From assembly GCA_030390025.1 (NCBI GenBank), contig CM059449.1, positions 32,736,001 through 32,800,000 on the forward strand: a DNA stretch of 64,000 bases, in the 5' to 3' direction. Below, one piece after another: positions 62,193 to 64,000 of the stretch. This stretch comes from Squalus acanthias. Lineage: Eukaryota. Position 1 is the first letter of the stretch; the number at the start of each line of letters is the position of its first letter. The notes beneath the pieces are model-generated. The model made no database searches, had not been told where the DNA came from, and worked only from the letters and a program-made list of their open reading frames with translations. Position numbers and translations under genes: made by a program.

Positions 62193-64000
62193 ATGACAAC
62201 AGAGAGGGTCATAGACATAGGTAGCAGTAGGGGAATCACAAATCAGAGCGTGGCAGGAAGGGACAGAGTGTGTGGAGTAAAAGGTAAACTGGTAAAAAGT
62301 GAAAAAGCAGGAACTAAGTGCCACAAAGCATATTTGAAAGTTCTCTATCTGAATGCACGTAGCATTCGTAACAAAATAGACGAGTTAATGGCACAAATAA
62401 CTACATATGGTTATGATATTGTGGCCATTACAGAAACATGGCTGCAGGGTGACAATGCCTGGGAATTAAACATACCAGGTTATTTAACGATCAGGAAGGA
62501 CAGGCAGGAAGGAAGGGGAGGTGGGGTGGCTATGTTAATAAAGGAAGGAATCACTGTAATACAGAGTAATGATATTGGGTCAAAAAATCATGATAATGAA
62601 ACAGTTTGGGTGGAGATAAGGAATAATAAGGGGAAAAAAACATTAGTGGGCGTAGTCTATAGGCCTCCGAACAGTTGCAACTCTATTGGACGGAGTATCA
62701 ATCAGGAAATAGTTGAGGCATGTAATAAGGGAACATCTATAATTATGGGGGATTTTAACTATCATATTAATTGGACAAATCAAATGGGGCAGGGCTGCCT
62801 TGAGGATGAGTTCATTGAGTGTATTAGGGATGGGTTTCTTGAGCAGTATGTAACTGAACCGACCAGGGGGCAAGCAACCTTAGATCTGGTCCTGTGTAAC
62901 GAGACAGGATTAATTAAAAATGTCCTAGTAAAGGATCCCCTTGGAATGAGTGACCATAACATGGTTGAATTCCATATTCAATTAGAGGGTGAGAAGGTTG
63001 GATCTCAAACAAGCGTGCTAAGCTTGAATAAAGGAGACTATGAAGGTATGCGAGCGGAATTGAGTAGAGTGGATTGGGAAAATAGATTAAAGGGTAAGAC
63101 GACAAATGATCAGTGGTGTACATTCAAGGAGTTATTTTACAACTTCCAAAAGAAATATATTCCACTGAAAAGAAAAGGGTGTAAAAGAAAGGACAGTCAT
63201 CCGTGGCTAAGTAAAGAAATTAAGGATAGTATTCGACTAAAAACAAGGGCATATAAGGTAGCGAAATCTTGTGGGAGGACAGAGGATTGGGAAAACTTTA
63301 AAAGGCAGCAAAAAATAACAAAAATTTGATTAAGAAAGGGAAGATAGATTATGAAAGTAAATTAGCAAAAAATATAAAAAGAGATAGTAAGAGTTTTTAT
63401 AGTTATATAAAAAGAAAAAGGGTGGCTAAAGTAAATGTTGGTCCCTTAGAGGATGAGACCGGGAAATTAATGGTGGGAAATATGGAGATGGCAAAAGCAC
63501 TGAATGAATATTTTGTATCAGTCTTTACAGTAGAGGACACTAAGAATATCCCAACACTGGACAAACAGGGGGCTATAGGGGGAGAGGAGCTATACACGAT
63601 CAAAATCACTAAGGAAGTGGTACTCGGTAAAATAATGGGACTCAAGGCGGATAAATCACCTGGACCTGATGGCTTACATCCTAGAGTCTTGAAGGAAGTG
63701 GCGGTAGGGATTGTAGATGCATTGGTAATAATTTTTCAAAACTCCCTGGATTCCGCTAAGGTCCCGGCAGACTGGAAAACTGCTAATGTAACACCCTTAT
63801 TTAAAAAGGGCAGTAGACAGAAGGCTGGTAACTATAGACCGGTTAGCCTAACATCTGTGGTAGGTAAAATTTTGGAGTCCATTATTAAGGAAACAGTAAC
63901 AGGACATTTGGATAATCATAATTTAATAGGACAAAGTCAGCATGGTTTTACGAAGGGGAAGTCATGTTTGACAAATTTGCTGGAGTTCTTTGAGGAAGTA
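62193..64000 (+). CDS. CR1 ORF2 (APE endonuclease and start of RT), single -1 frameshift at ~63320-63325
   Basis: YLNARS, ITETWL, VYRPP, GDFN and SDHNMV. After the shift it stays open through KSPGPDG, NYRPVSLTS and SQHGFTKGKSCLTNLLEFFE to the window end. Confidence 0.9.

Larger units (their letters stand above)
60917..64000 (+). mobile_element. Young, apparently full-length CR1 LINE inserted antisense in the GPCR intron (continues past window)
   Basis: GC-rich 5' UTR, intact ORF1, and ORF2 open apart from one frameshift. Homology of the host intron to 42795-43507 stops at ~60915. Confidence 0.93.

Overview
Eukaryotic, repeat-rich vertebrate genomic DNA, most consistent with a cartilaginous fish. 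That assignment is inferred from the repeat families and gene sequences, not from a database match. There are no prokaryotic features, CRISPR arrays or rRNA/tRNA genes. Contents in order: (1) a 6.9-kb C/T-rich low-complexity block; (2) decayed CR1-type LINEs; (3) a spliced non-classical MHC class I gene on + (leader 14373-14424, alpha1 16818-17078, alpha2 21187-21462, alpha3 21685-21951) with a hydrophobic groove, loss of most peptide-anchoring residues and no recognisable transmembrane exon; (4) a birth-and-death cluster of two-exon GPR139/GPR142-like class A GPCR genes (one intact main exon, two pseudogenes, one orphan exon 1); (5) two decayed PIF/Harbinger transposons plus two MITE families; (6) a Penelope-like insertion folded into a ~330-bp inverted repeat, where one arm carries an intact minimal hammerhead ribozyme core and the other a mutated core; (7) a Tx1-clade fragment with a 14-bp TSD; (8) a young, nearly intact CR1 LINE running off the right edge. 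The best candidates for novelty are the possibly secreted, hydrophobic-groove class Ib gene beside the GPCR cluster and the asymmetric hammerhead/Penelope hairpin. Both are hypotheses needing the checks listed. Exon boundaries were read by eye at GT/AG sites; repeat boundaries are approximate.
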